From Balanoglossus misakiensis (lineage: Eukaryota > Animalia > Hemichordata): 64,000 nucleotides of DNA. Both the position numbers and the translations under genes were made by a program. Below, in pieces: positions 22,965-35,400 of the stretch. Position 1 is the first letter of the stretch, and each line of letters opens with the position of its first letter. The stretch lies in assembly GCA_040954595.2 (NCBI GenBank), contig CM082582.2, positions 1,364,001 to 1,428,000 on the forward strand, given 5' to 3'. Below the pieces are notes generated by a model, which worked only from the letters and a program-made list of their open reading frames with translations, searched no databases and was not told the DNA's origin.

Positions 22965-23301
22965 TGAATACAGCCACAATGTTCTGTTTATATCTACTGA
23001 CGGACCAGGCATGGATTGTCACGTATAATTCTTTGAAACGTTTGGTCCTCTGAAGAAATCTGAGCACTCATCTACTCAGTTTGCTTATTTTGTCTTCCTC
23101 CACCAGTCAGTGGTATCGTCCGATTTGATACTCCACTCTAAGCCTCTTTCTGAATGGCTATTTAAGTTGTGATCTGTAAGTCTTAAACCTTTCATCACCC
23201 CCCCCCCCCCGTTTCCTCTTTAGAGGTCCAACATTACCATATAAAACAATTGGTTTTGACTGAACCATGTTGGTGAAAGGGCTAGGGTCAATTCAACTTA
23301 C

Positions 23302-23359
23302 CTTCTGGACATTCATATTTCACAAAGGGTGTTCCAAACAGTGCTCCAAGATCCAATTG
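23302..23359 (-). CDS. Exon: pre-lectin segment ending CPE(G)
   Basis: cag|QLDLGALFGTPFVKYECPE|gtaagt, phase 0-1; joins in frame to give CPEGY. Confidence 0.8.
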
Positions 23360-25371
23360 CTGTTACAAATAAACAATAAGTTAGCTGCCAGTACACTCAA
23401 TGATGTACGCGCAGAACGTCAACTGGTAAACAGTGCGCCTGTGTCTCTTCCCATAGGAGTACATGGAGAATAGTTAGAAAACTCCCTTCTATTATTGTCA
23501 TTTTCAGGAAATTTTACACATAGCTCCGACAAATCAAAATAAATTCACCACGGTCTATTTTGAGATAAACTTTGTTCAATATTGTATCCATAGGCAAACC
23601 ATTGGTAGAAAATGCTGACCGTCAGCAGTTTTCTTCAATTATCAACTAAATTCACGGCCTTGTTTAAAGTCGAAAACAAGTGCAGTGACCCAAAATGGAT
23701 TTTCATTATACATACAAATCAGAAACGAAAATCCACGATTAAAAGAAATGACAATACAAAACACCGTTTATGTTAATGTAAATGTGGATATATAGTGATG
23801 CAACGTTCAACCGCACACACCTTCCATCCCGCATGTAGACACGAGAGCGAAAACTCGCCAAACTGAAAAATCGGTCTCTACCATTTATTCATTTTGGGCG
23901 AGTTTTTACTCTCATATCATACAAGCAGGATGGAAGTTGTGTGTGGTTGAACGTTCATTCACTACATATACACATGCCCATTAATATAAACGGTGTCTTG
24001 TATCAAACATTATTAATAGAAAAGGGCGACGGGAGAGAGAGTTTGCCCCTTTAAGGCGACATGATGCATGAAGTGGCGAGAGATAAACGCGACTGACCAC
24101 CGCATTAAACACTGTCAAGCAAGGCACTTCAAATGCCAATTGTTTAAGTGTGTACTAAGTAATAGCTTCATGTACCATGTCCTGGGGGGGGGGGAGGGGT
24201 CAAATCACAACAGTTAGACATGTACGAATATGAAGAGACGATATCAGTTTTTTCATGTCTTCCTTTAGTAAACAATCTTTTTTGAACTTTGTATAGAATT
24301 CATTGAACTTTACTTTAGCTTATGAACTCTCATTTGCACATCGTCATCTTGAAATTGTGTCGACTTTATCATAAGGTTTTTATAACTCAACTAGGTCGCA
24401 AAACCTATTTAAGTTAGTGAGAATAGGACGTTCACCTTTTGGGTTGATGGCTACAGACATTAATCCTGACTCATACACATGTTGCAGCCAGTATACTCTG
24501 CAGACATTGGACACAATAGTTTTACTAACCATTGAATTTTATTGGACCATCAAGTTTATTGACCCATGACGTTCATATAGATTGTATGACACGACTGACG
24601 CTATAATCGGTCCATACCTTCGGCGAGCCAAGTGTTTTATAACATCATAAGATATTAATACCTATCACCCAGTCAAACGATTTCAAGTTATACAATTTCC
24701 ACGCCAATAGGACGCCTTTAGGTGGAAATGCAACCAGATATCCTGAATAGGAAAATATTCCGGGTATCTGTCAAGTTTAGTCCCATATTTAGGGGACCAA
24801 GAGCCCTCAGGCGCTTGGTCCCCTTCTGTTATTGCTGGAGTTTGTCTTCTTTCTTCTTGAGTCGTTTTTTTGCGCCCGTTTTTCTCTGAAATTCCGGCAG
24901 GTGCGCCTTCCAAATTTGGCACGGTGGTTGGGGCCCATAGTACTGGTGCACCAGCCCTTTGAATTTGTAATTAGTCACGTGACTTTGTTGCTATAATCGA
25001 GCGAAATTTTCAAATTGACCTAATTTGCACGTTAATTGGGGCATGTACATTCTTTTCGCGATATTTGTAGACCATGTGGCAAAAATCCCCTGTGCCAAAT
25101 TTCAAGGTCCTAGGCCACGTCGATTTTGAGAAGAAGATTTTTGTAATATTTTTTCGCTTTTTTTGGTGGGCTGAGGACGGACACTGGGGCATCGGACTTT
25201 GACCGTCATTACGTTATGTTGTGGAGATCTCATTAGCAGGCTACTCACTTCTGGCGGGTTGCAGTAGTCCTTGGAAAATCGGCTGAAATACGTAAACAGA
25301 CCAGTGATTATTTTCCACGGAATGAATTTTGGGACAACACATTATCGGAGTTCAGGCTGTGTTAGGGCGTT

Positions 25372-28300
25372 TTATTGAATTACGCTGAGTTTGGATTGAC
25401 TACTGTGTTACCACTGAAATTTCTCATAGCAATGTTCTTTCAATTTCGAGTCTTTGCAATGTTGTTGACTCCGACCATATTCCTGTTTCAATAGAGGTTC
25501 ATTTCAACACTTCTGCTGATGAAAGCTTCAGCAGTAGTTCCTTCAAGCAATGTAATTTTCGAGTTGATTGGAAAAAATTGTCACAGCAGAATATATCCGC
25601 CTACACCGGTTGTACCAAAGCCAAGATTGATAAGATTAATTTATCCGAAGAGTTATTCTGCACTAATGTGAACTGTACAGACCCTTCGCATTTACAGGCA
25701 ATTGATACTTGTTATAGTAGTATTGTGGACGCATTGAATTGTGCTGCAAAAGATACCATTAGACGTAAGTTTCACCAGAAAGTTCATGTTGTGCCTGGCT
25801 GGAACGATTTTGTAAAAGAAAGTCACGACTATGCCCGTTCCATGTTTTTATTATGGGTTAATGTGGGTTAACCTAAACAAGGCCCGCTTTTTGAAACCAT
25901 GAAATCTTCCAGAGCTCGTTTTTAGTATGCTTTACGTGCTTGTAAAAAGATTGAGAATCAAAATAGGGCTGACAAGATGGCTGATAATTTACGCTGCCAC
26001 AAACAGAACGACTTCTGGGAGGAAGTCAGAAAGCAAACTAGCAGAAAAACGCCGCTTTCTGACACTGTAGGTGGAGCGACTGGTGAGAGTGAAATTGCAA
26101 TTATGTGGCACAAGCATTTCAGTGATATTTTGAATTCTGTCCAGGCTCAGACTGGTAAAAATGACATCGAGGAGAAAATGAAGTATGTTAAAGTTTCTTC
26201 TGATATGTATGTTTCTGAAGACGAAGTAATTTCTGCTATACATAAGTTACCTGATGGTAAGACAGCTGGCATTGACAATATTTTAGCTGAGCACCTCAAA
26301 TTCTCAGACTCCTCTATTTTACCCTTTTTGACTTGTTGTATTAATGCAATGATTGTTCATGGTTACCTGCCAACTGAGGCTATCAATGTTAATTTAGTTC
26401 CAATTATTAAGGATAAAACTAAGCTTTGTAGTGATGCCAGTAACTACCGGCCGATAGCACTAGCAACTGTTTTCTCTAAAGTTTTTGAGCATATTTTACT
26501 TTCTCGTTGTGAGGAGTTTCTTACCTCTCATTATTTACAATTTGGTTTCAAGCGAGAACATTCAACTGACCTGTGTTTATTTGCATTTAAAGAAATCATT
26601 AGCTACTACACCAGCAATGGAAGACCAGTGTTTACTTGTTTTCTGGATGCTTCAAAAGCTTTTGACAGAGTTAATCACTTTAAACTGGTTATAATTAACA
26701 AGCACATCGACAGGAATGTTCCCTTGTATGCTGTACGAATTTTATATTAATGGTACAGAAATCAATTGTTTACTGTGTTGTGGGGTAATGAAACCTCAGA
26801 GTTGTTTTCTGTTTCTAACGGTGTAAGACAAGGGGGGGGGGTACTCTCTCCCTATCTTTTTAATGTCTACATTGATGATATTATCAATGCACTCTGTAAA
26901 GCCAAAGTTAGCTGTACCATGTGTGGTGTCAGCGCTAACACTTTAGGTTACGCTGACGACATGACTCTACTCAGTCCAAGTATTAAGGGTCTACGCCGTC
27001 TTCTTAGAATTTGTGAAATTTATGGCAAGGATTATGATATCATTTATAATTCTAGTAAAACTGTGTGCATGCTTTTTAATGGGAAGAATATGAGCGTTCA
27101 AAGAATTCCTTCGGTTAAACTTAATGACATCACCTTAAAGTTTGTACCTGTACACACCTATCTGGGCCATGTTATATCTTGTGATGGTTGTGATAATGAA
27201 GATATTGAACGACAGAGAAGAGCATTTTGTGTAAGAGCAAACATGCTATTGAGACATTTTCAACATTGTAGTCAAGATGTGAAGAAAGTTTTATTTTTGG
27301 CATATTGTAGTAATATTTACTGTTGCAGTTTGTGGGCATCCTTTAAAGTTAAACCGATGAAAAAATTTAAAACTATGTACAATAATGTTTGCAGAAGATT
27401 TCTCGGTCTTCCGCCATTTTGCTGTGCATCGGGTATGTTTGCTACAAACCATGTACATGTATTGTCACTTGGTGAAGTTTTTAGACGCAATATGTACAGT
27501 TTTAAGATGGGTCCCTGGGATCTTTTTGCTCGTTGCTGTGGGCCTTTATAGGACATTACACCCCGATTTGGACTAAGCCGTTTTCAGAGTCTAACAAGGG
27601 GCTGGTAACTAGTTGAAAATCTGCACGATTATGTGCACACCCCCTGTCCGAGTATGTTTACGGCAGCTACCACCCGGCCATAGGCCGCCACGCTAATACG
27701 GCAAAGCAGCGGTCAGCGATAGCGTGCGCGTCCTGTAACCACAGTAACTGGATCGAACGCTAAAAATCCAATGTTTTGTACACAGAGATTTTGTACCGTT
27801 CACGAAAATCCCTAAGGCTTTTTTCATAGGCCACGTACGCCAGTCAAATTTGACCTGCTTGTTGAGAACGCACTTCCGCACAGTGTGACGGATCGTTTTT
27901 TCGGTTTTCGTCGTGCTAAGAAGCGATACCGGTGGAAGAGTGCGTCCAAAAACACCCAAAATCGATGACTTTTTCAGGTGTGGTACGGGTATGCTGAAAT
28001 CTTAGGATACAACGATAATATTCGAAAACAAAATCCGTCACGATCTTCCCTGGTTCAAGCAACTAATGAATACGTATCAAGTTCGTTTTTGAGGTCACGG
28101 AATAAAAAGCCTTAGGCTTTTGAAATTTGACCTAGCTAATTTTCATATCAATGGCGTCAGGAGGCGCGCGCTCACAATCGTGCAGATTTTCAACTAGTTA
28201 CCAGCCCCTTGTTAGACTCTGAAAACGGCTTAGTCCAAATCGGGGTGTAATGTCCTATAAAGGCCCATAGCAACGAGCAAAAAGATCCCAGGGACCCATC

Positions 28301-28529
28301 TTAAGCGTAGACTCGAAAATTCTTCTAATGTTTTACTTGATGCGATCTGTTCATCAGATAGAGCGACTGACAGCATATTTTTCAAACATTGGCGAAAGCA
28401 ATTGTATATCATGTAAGTTTTTTTTTTGTGTGTGTCTCAGTGTCAGATTATTATTATTGTTTTTTTTTCTTCTCTCTTTTGGGTATATGGACTTTTTTTA
28501 AAGTCTGAAATAAAGAATTGTTATTATTT
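25372..28529 (+). mobile_element. 5'-truncated decayed non-LTR retrotransposon (APE endonuclease remnant plus RT; clade unresolved)
   Basis: IDYC..SDHIPV endonuclease end; NYRPIAL, QFGFK, FLDASKAFDRV, GVRQG..LSP and YADD motifs; in-frame stops near 25869, 25923 and 26748; the ORF resumes after the MITE (RRLENSSN...WRKQLYIM*); 3' aataaa plus (tta)-type tail. Confidence 0.93.
27506..28300. mobile_element. 795-bp non-autonomous DNA transposon, ~125-bp TIRs, TTAA target duplication (Kolobok-type termini)
   Basis: TTAA|GATGGGTCCCTGGG...CCCAGGGACCCATC|TTAA. Removing it restores the LINE reading frame. Confidence 0.92.
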
Positions 28530-29410
28530 GTTAGCTGTTGCCATTCAAATGTGTCTACGCAAACCCGGCTACACTGGCAGTGGGCTTTGACTCTAAGTCG
28601 CTAATGTTGTGGGAGGTTTCATTAGCATTGTAGTCACATGTAGTGGATAGTAGTTTGGGAAATTGCCTGAAATACGTCAGCAGACCAGTGATTTTCTTGC
28701 ACGAAGGGAGTTTGGTACCAGCAATAATCAGAGATCAGGCTTCGTTGCCGTTCAAAAGTTCCTACTTCAGTCGTGATGTTGCAACTGGACGTTCAGTATG
28801 GGGGTCGGCCCGCAGGTGGCCGTGTGGGTTATCAGGTCGCCCGTAACGGCACGCAGCTACATGCAGCTGTATGGGACCAAAATAATACACCCGATTCGGG
28901 GGTCACCTGTGACACCTGCGTAACTCAATAATTATGTGCATGCGTAATTGTGGGGTCAATGAAAGGGGTGGTAGCGTGGTATTTGTTGCACATGGATCAA
29001 TATGAAGTCCAATTTTCCCGTCAAGTTGTGGGCGACCTTATGTGACCTTTCACCTACTTTTGCTTAGTGAGCATCTACAGAAGATGCATGCAGCTTTGGC
29101 TTGGGGGGGGGGGCATATACGGATGGGACCATAATGATATACCAAAGGCGGGGTCACCTGTTGCACCTGCCTAAGTCATTGATTTTGTACATTTAATTGG
29201 ACACTAACCAACAGGGCGATAGGTGTGGTTTTTGTTCCACAGGGACGAATGTAAGTGTCAGTTGGTTTTTGCCCAAATGTATAAGGTGATTTTGATGACC
29301 TCTGTCATACAGTGCCATATCTCATCCTGTTGTACAGGTGCAGCTTTGGTATTTGGAGGGATGAAACTATCATGAAATGCCAAATACAGGGGGATACCTT
29401 TGACACCTGC

Positions 29411-32400
29411 CATGATTTTTTTCAAAAATCGACGAAATTTTGAGATTTTGCAAAGTCGAAAATTTGTCATTTTTTGATGATTTTCACCCGTCTTTTTTCA
29501 AAAATCGACGAAATTTTGAGATTTTGCAAAAGAGGAAAATTTGTCATTTTTTGATGATTTTCACCCAATGTTTTTTTTTCAAAAATGGACGAACCCATGA
29601 TTTTTTTCAAAATCGACGAAATTTTGAGATTTTGCAAAGTCGAAAATTTGTCATTGTCATGATGATTTTCAACCATGATTTTTTCAAAAATTGACGAAAT
29701 TTTGAGATTTTGCAGTCAAAAATTTGTCATTTTTTGATGATTTTCACCCATGATTTTTTTTCACAAATCGACGAAATTTTGAGATTTTGCAGTCGTAAAT
29801 TTGTCATTTTTTAATGATTTTCCTCCATGATTTTTTTTCAAAAATCGACGAAATTTTGAGATTTTGCAAAGTCTAAAATTTGTCATTTTTTGATGATTTT
29901 CACCCATGTCTTTTTTCAAAAATCGACGAAATTTTGAGATTTTGCAAAGAGGAAAATTTGTCATTTTTTGATGATTTTCAACAATGATTTTTTTTCAAAA
30001 ATCGACGAAATTTTGAGATTTTGCAGTCAAAAATTTGTCATTTTTTGATGATTTTCAACAATTTTTTTAAAAAATCGACGAAAATTTGAGATTTTGCAGT
30101 AAAAAATTTGTCATTTTTTGATGATTTTCACCCATGATTTTTTCAAAATTGGCAAAATTTTGAGATTTTGCAAAGTCGAAAATTTGTCATTTTTTGATGA
30201 TTTTCACCCATGATTTTTTTTCACAAATCGACGAAATTTTGAGATTTTGTAGTCGTTAATTTGTCATTTTTTGATGATTTTCCCCCATGATTTTTTTCAA
30301 AAATCAACGAAATTTTGAGATTTTGCAAAGTCGAAAATTTGTCATTTTTAGATGATTTTCACCCGTCTTTTTTCAAAAACTCGACGAAATTTTGAGATTT
30401 TGCAAAGAGGAAAATTTGTCATTTTTTGATAATTTTCAACAATGATTTATTTCAAAAATCGACGAAATTTTGAGATTTTGCAGTCGAAAATTTGTCATTT
30501 TTTGATGATTTTCCCCCATGATTTTTTTCCAAAATCGACGAAATTTTGAGATTTTGCAAAGTTGAAAATTTTTCAAAAATCGACGAAATTTATAGATTTT
30601 GCAAAGAGGAAAATTTGTCATTTTTTGATGATTTTCACCCATGATTTTTTTCAAAATTGACGAAATTTTGAGTTTTTGCAGTCGAAAATTTGTAATTTTT
30701 TGATGATTTTCACCCGTTTTTTTTTCAAAAATCGACGAAATTTTGAGATTTTGCAGTCGAAAATTTGTCATTTTTTGATGATTTTCACCCATGATTTTTT
30801 CAAAATTGACGAAATTTTGAAATTTTGCAGTCGAAAATTTGTCATTTTTTGATCATTTTCCCCATGATTTTTTTCAAAAATCGACGAAATTTTGAGATTT
30901 TGCAAAGTCGAAAATTTGTCATTTTTTGATGATTTTCACCCTTGATTTTCTTCAAAAATCGACGAAATTTTGAGATTTTGCAAAGTCGAAAATTTGTCAT
31001 TTTTTGATGATTTTCACCCATGATTTTTTTCAAAAATCGATGAAATTTTGAGATTTTGCAGTAAAAAAATTGTCATTATTTTGATGATTTTCGACCATGA
31101 TTTTTTTCAAAATTGACGAAATTTTGAGATTTTGCAGTCGAAAATTTGTCATTTTTTGATCATTTTCCCCAATGATTTTTTTCAAAAATCGACGAAATTT
31201 TCAGATTTTGCAAAGTCGAAAATTTGTCATTTTTTCATGATTTTCACCCATGATTTTTTCAAAAATCGACGAAATTTTGAGATTTTGCAAAGTCGAAAAT
31301 TTGTCATTTTTTGATGATTTTCACCCATGTCTTTTTTCAAAAATCGACGAAATTTTGAGATTTTGCAAAGAGGAAAATTTGTCATTTTTTGATGATTTTC
31401 AACAATGATATTTTTTCAAAAATCGACGAAATTTTGAGATTTTGCAGTCAAAAATTTGTCATTTTTTAATGATTTTCAACAATTTTTTTAAAAAATCGAC
31501 GAAAATTTGAGATTTTGCAGTAAAAAATTTGTCATTTTTTGATGATTTTCACCCATGATTTTTTCAAAATTGGCAAAATTTTGAGATTTTGCAAAGTCGA
31601 AAATTTGTCATTTTTTGATGATTTTCACCCATGATTTTTTTTCACAAATCGACGAAATTTTGAGATTTTGTAGTCGTAAATTTGTCATTTTTTGATGATT
31701 TTCCCCCATGATTTTTTTCAAAAATCAACGAAATTTTGAGATTTTGCAAAGTCGAAAATTTGTCATTTTTAGATGATTTTCACCCGTCTTTTTTCAAAAA
31801 CTCGACGAAATTTTGAGATTTTGCAAAGAGGAAAATTTGTCATTTTTTGATAATTTTCAACAATGATTTATTTCAAAAATCGACGAAATTTTGAGATTTT
31901 GCAGTCGAAAATTTGTCATTTTTTGATGATTTTCCCCCATGATTTTTTTCCAAAATCGACGAAATTTTGAGATTTTGCAAAGTTGAAAATTTTTCAAAAA
32001 TCGACGAAATTTATAGATTTTGCAAAGAGGAAAATTTGTCATTTTTTGATGATTTTCACCCATGATTTTTTTCAAAATTGACGAAATTTTGAGTTTTTGC
32101 AGTCGAAAATTTGTAATTTTTTGATGATTTTCACCCGTTTTTTTTTCAAAAATCGACGAAATTTTGAGATTTTGCAGTCGAAAATTTGTCATTTTTTGAT
32201 GATTTTCACCCATGATTTTTTCAAAATTGACGAAATTTTGAAATTTTGCAGTCGAAAATTTGTCATTTTTTGATCATTTTCCCCATGATTTTTTTCAAAA
32301 ATCGACGAAATTTTGAGATTTTGCAAAGTCGAAAATTTGTCATTTTTTGATGATTTTCACCCTTGATTTTCTTCAAAAATCGACGAAATTTTGAGATTTT

Positions 32401-35400
32401 GCAAAGTCGAAAATTTGTCATTTTTTGATGATTTTCACCCATGATTTTTTTCAAAAATCGATGAAATTTTGAGATTTTGCAGTAAAAAAATTGTCATTAT
32501 TTTGATGATTTTCGACCATGATTTTTTTCAAAATTGACGAAATTTTGAGATTTTGCAGTCGAAAATTTGTCATTTTTTGATCATTTTCCCCAATGATTTT
32601 TTTCAAAAATCGACGAAATTTTCAGATTTTGCAAAGTCGAAAATTTGTCATTTTTTCATGATTTTCACCCATGATTTTTTCAAAAATCGACGAAATTTTG
32701 AGATTTTGCAAAGTCGAAAATTTGTCATTTTTTGATGATTTTCACCCATGTCTTTTTTCAAAAATCGACGAAATTTTGAGATTTTGCAAAGAGGAAAATT
32801 TGTCATTTTTTGATGATTTTCAACAATGATATTTTTTCAAAAATCGACGAAATTTTGAGATTTTGCAGTCAAAAATTTGTCATTTTTTAATGATTTTCAA
32901 CAATTTTTTTAAAAAATCGACGAAAATTTGAGATTTTGCAGTAAAAAATTTGTCATTTTTTGATGATTTTCACCCATGATTTTTTCAAAATTGGCAAAAT
33001 TTTGAGATTTTGCAAAGTCGAAAATTTGTCATTTTTTGATGATTTTCACCCATGATTTTTTTTCACAAATCGACGAAATTTTGAGATTTTGTAGTCGTAA
33101 ATTTGTCATTTTTTGATGATTTTCCCCCATGATTTTTTTCAAAAATCAACGAAATTTTGAGATTTTGCAAAGTCGAAAATTTGTCATTTTTAGATGATTT
33201 TCACCCGTCTTTTTTCAAAAAATCGACGAAATTTTGTGATTTTGTAAAGAGGAAAATTTGTCATTTTTTGATAATTTTCAACAATGATTTATTTCAAAAA
33301 TCGACGAAATTTTGAGATTTTGCAGTCGAAAATTTGTCATTTTTTGATGATTTTCCCCCATGATTTTTTTCAAAAATCGACGAAATTTTGAGATTTTGCA
33401 AAGTTGAAAATTTTTCAAAAATCGACGAAATTTATTGATTTTGCAAAGAGGAAAATTTGTCATTTTTTGATGATTTTCACCCATGATTTTTTTCAAAATT
33501 GACGAAATTTTGAGTTTTTGCAGTCGAAAATTTTTCATTTTTTGATGATTTTCACCCGTTTTTTTTTCAAAAATCGACGAAATTTTGAGATTTTGCAGTC
33601 GAAAATTTGTCATTTTTTGATGATTTTCACCCATGATTTTTTCAAAATTGACGAAATTTTGAAATTTTGCAGTCGAAAATTTGTCATTTTTTGATCATTT
33701 TCCCCATGATTTTTTTCAAAAATCGACGAAATTTTGAGATTTTGCAAAGTCGAAAATTTGTCATTTTTTGATGATTTTCACCCTTGATTTTCTTCAAAAA
33801 TCGACGAAATTTTGAGATTTTGCAAAGTCGAAAATTTGTCATTTTTTGATGATTTTCACCCATGATTTTTTTCAAAAATCGATCAAATTTTGAGATTTTG
33901 CAGTAAAAAAATTGTCATTTTTTGATGATTTTCACCCATGATTTTTTTCAAAATTGACGAAATTTTGAGATTTTGCAGTCGAAAATTTGTCATTTTTTGA
34001 TCATTTTCCCCCATGATTTTTTTCAAAAATCGACGAAATTTTCAGATTTTGCAAAGTCGAAAATTTGTCATTTTTTCATGATTTTCACCCACAATTTTTT
34101 CAAAAATCGACGAAATTTTGAGATTTTGCAGTCGAAAATTTGTAATTTTTTGATGATTTTCCCCCATGATTTTTTTCAAAAATCGACGAAATTTTGAGAT
34201 TTTGCAAAGTCGAAAATTTGTCATTTTTTGATGATTTTCACCCATGATTTTCTTCAAAAATCGACGAAATTTTGAGATTTTGCAAAGTCGAAAATTTGTC
34301 ATTTTTTGATGATTTTCACCCATGATTTTTTTCAAAAATCGACGAAATTTTGAGATTTTGCAAAGTCGAAAATTTGTCATTTTTTCATGATTTTCACCCA
34401 TGATTTTTTCAAAAATCGATGAAATTTTCAGATTTTGCAAAGTCGAAAATTTGTCATTTTTTGATGATTTTCACCCATGATTTTTTTCAAAATTGACGAA
34501 ATTTTGAGATTGTGCAAAGTCAAAAATTTGTCATTTTTTGATGATTTTCACCCATGATTTTTTTTCACAAATCGACGAAATTTTGAGATTTTGTAGTCGT
34601 AAATTTGTCATTTTTGATGATTTTCCCCCATGATTTTTTTCAAAAATCAACGAAATTTTGAGATTTTGCAAAGTCGAAAATTTGTCATTTTTAGATGATT
34701 TTCACCCGTCTTTTTTCAAAAAATCGACGAAATTTTGAGATTTTGCAAAAAGGAAAATTTGTCAATTTTTGATAATTTTCAACAATGATTTATTTCAAAA
34801 ATCGACGAAATTTTGAGATTTTGCAGTCGAAAATTTGTCATTTTTTGATGATTTTCCCCCATGATTTTTTTCAAAAATCGACGAAATTTTGAGATTTTGC
34901 AAAGTTGAACATTTTTCAAAAATCGACGAAATTTATAGATTTTGCAAAGAGGAAAATTTGTCATTTTTTGATGATTTTCACCCATGATTTTTTTCAAAAT
35001 TGATGAAATTTTGAGTTTTTGCAGTCGAAAATTTGTCATAAATTGATGATTTTCACCCATGATTTTTTCAAAATTGACGAAATTTTGAAATTTTGCAGTC
35101 GAAAATTTGTCATTTTTTGATCATTTTCCCCCATGATTTTTTTCAAAAATCGACGAAAATTTGAGATTTTGCAAAGTCGAAAATTTGTCATTTTTTGATG
35201 ATTTTCACCCATGATTTTTTTCAAAATTGACGAAATTTTGAAATTTTGCAAAGTCAAAAATTTGTCATTTTTTGATGATTTTCAACAATTTTTTTTAAAA
35301 AATCGACGAAAATTTGAGATTTTTCAGTCAAAAATTTGTCATTTTTTGATGATTTTCTCCCATGATTTTTTTCAAAAATCGACGAAATTTTGAGATTTTG

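Larger units (their letters stand above)
2380..23359 (-). pseudogene. uif: uninflatable (uif)-like multidomain gene, 5' half (CTL-CUB x3-Sushi x4-cbEGF x2), with multiple inactivating lesions
   Basis: Manually spliced exons with GT/AG sites and mostly compatible phases. The domain order and the EGF insert NGTGGFYLPPGETG...DVYTFNQSCV resemble Drosophila Uninflatable as I recall it (not searched). Lesions are listed in the exon features. Confidence 0.8.
24788..29410. mobile_element. Putative Helentron/HINE-like composite element hosting the LINE and leading into the 78-bp satellite
   Basis: Terminal hairpin aggggaccaag..cttggtcccct (24790-24822) followed by (tct)-rich sequence; ccaaatttc and ctaatttgca motifs; diverged internal repeats on both sides of the LINE. 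Confidence 0.5.

Noticed and set aside
25977-27551. Intact or domesticated reverse transcriptase, or a retron/DGR-like system
   Set aside because: Ordinary LINE ORF2 motifs with several in-frame stops, 5' truncation and a MITE insertion
27506-28300. piggyBac assignment based on the TTAA duplication
   Set aside because: Termini are GA..TC, not CC..GG
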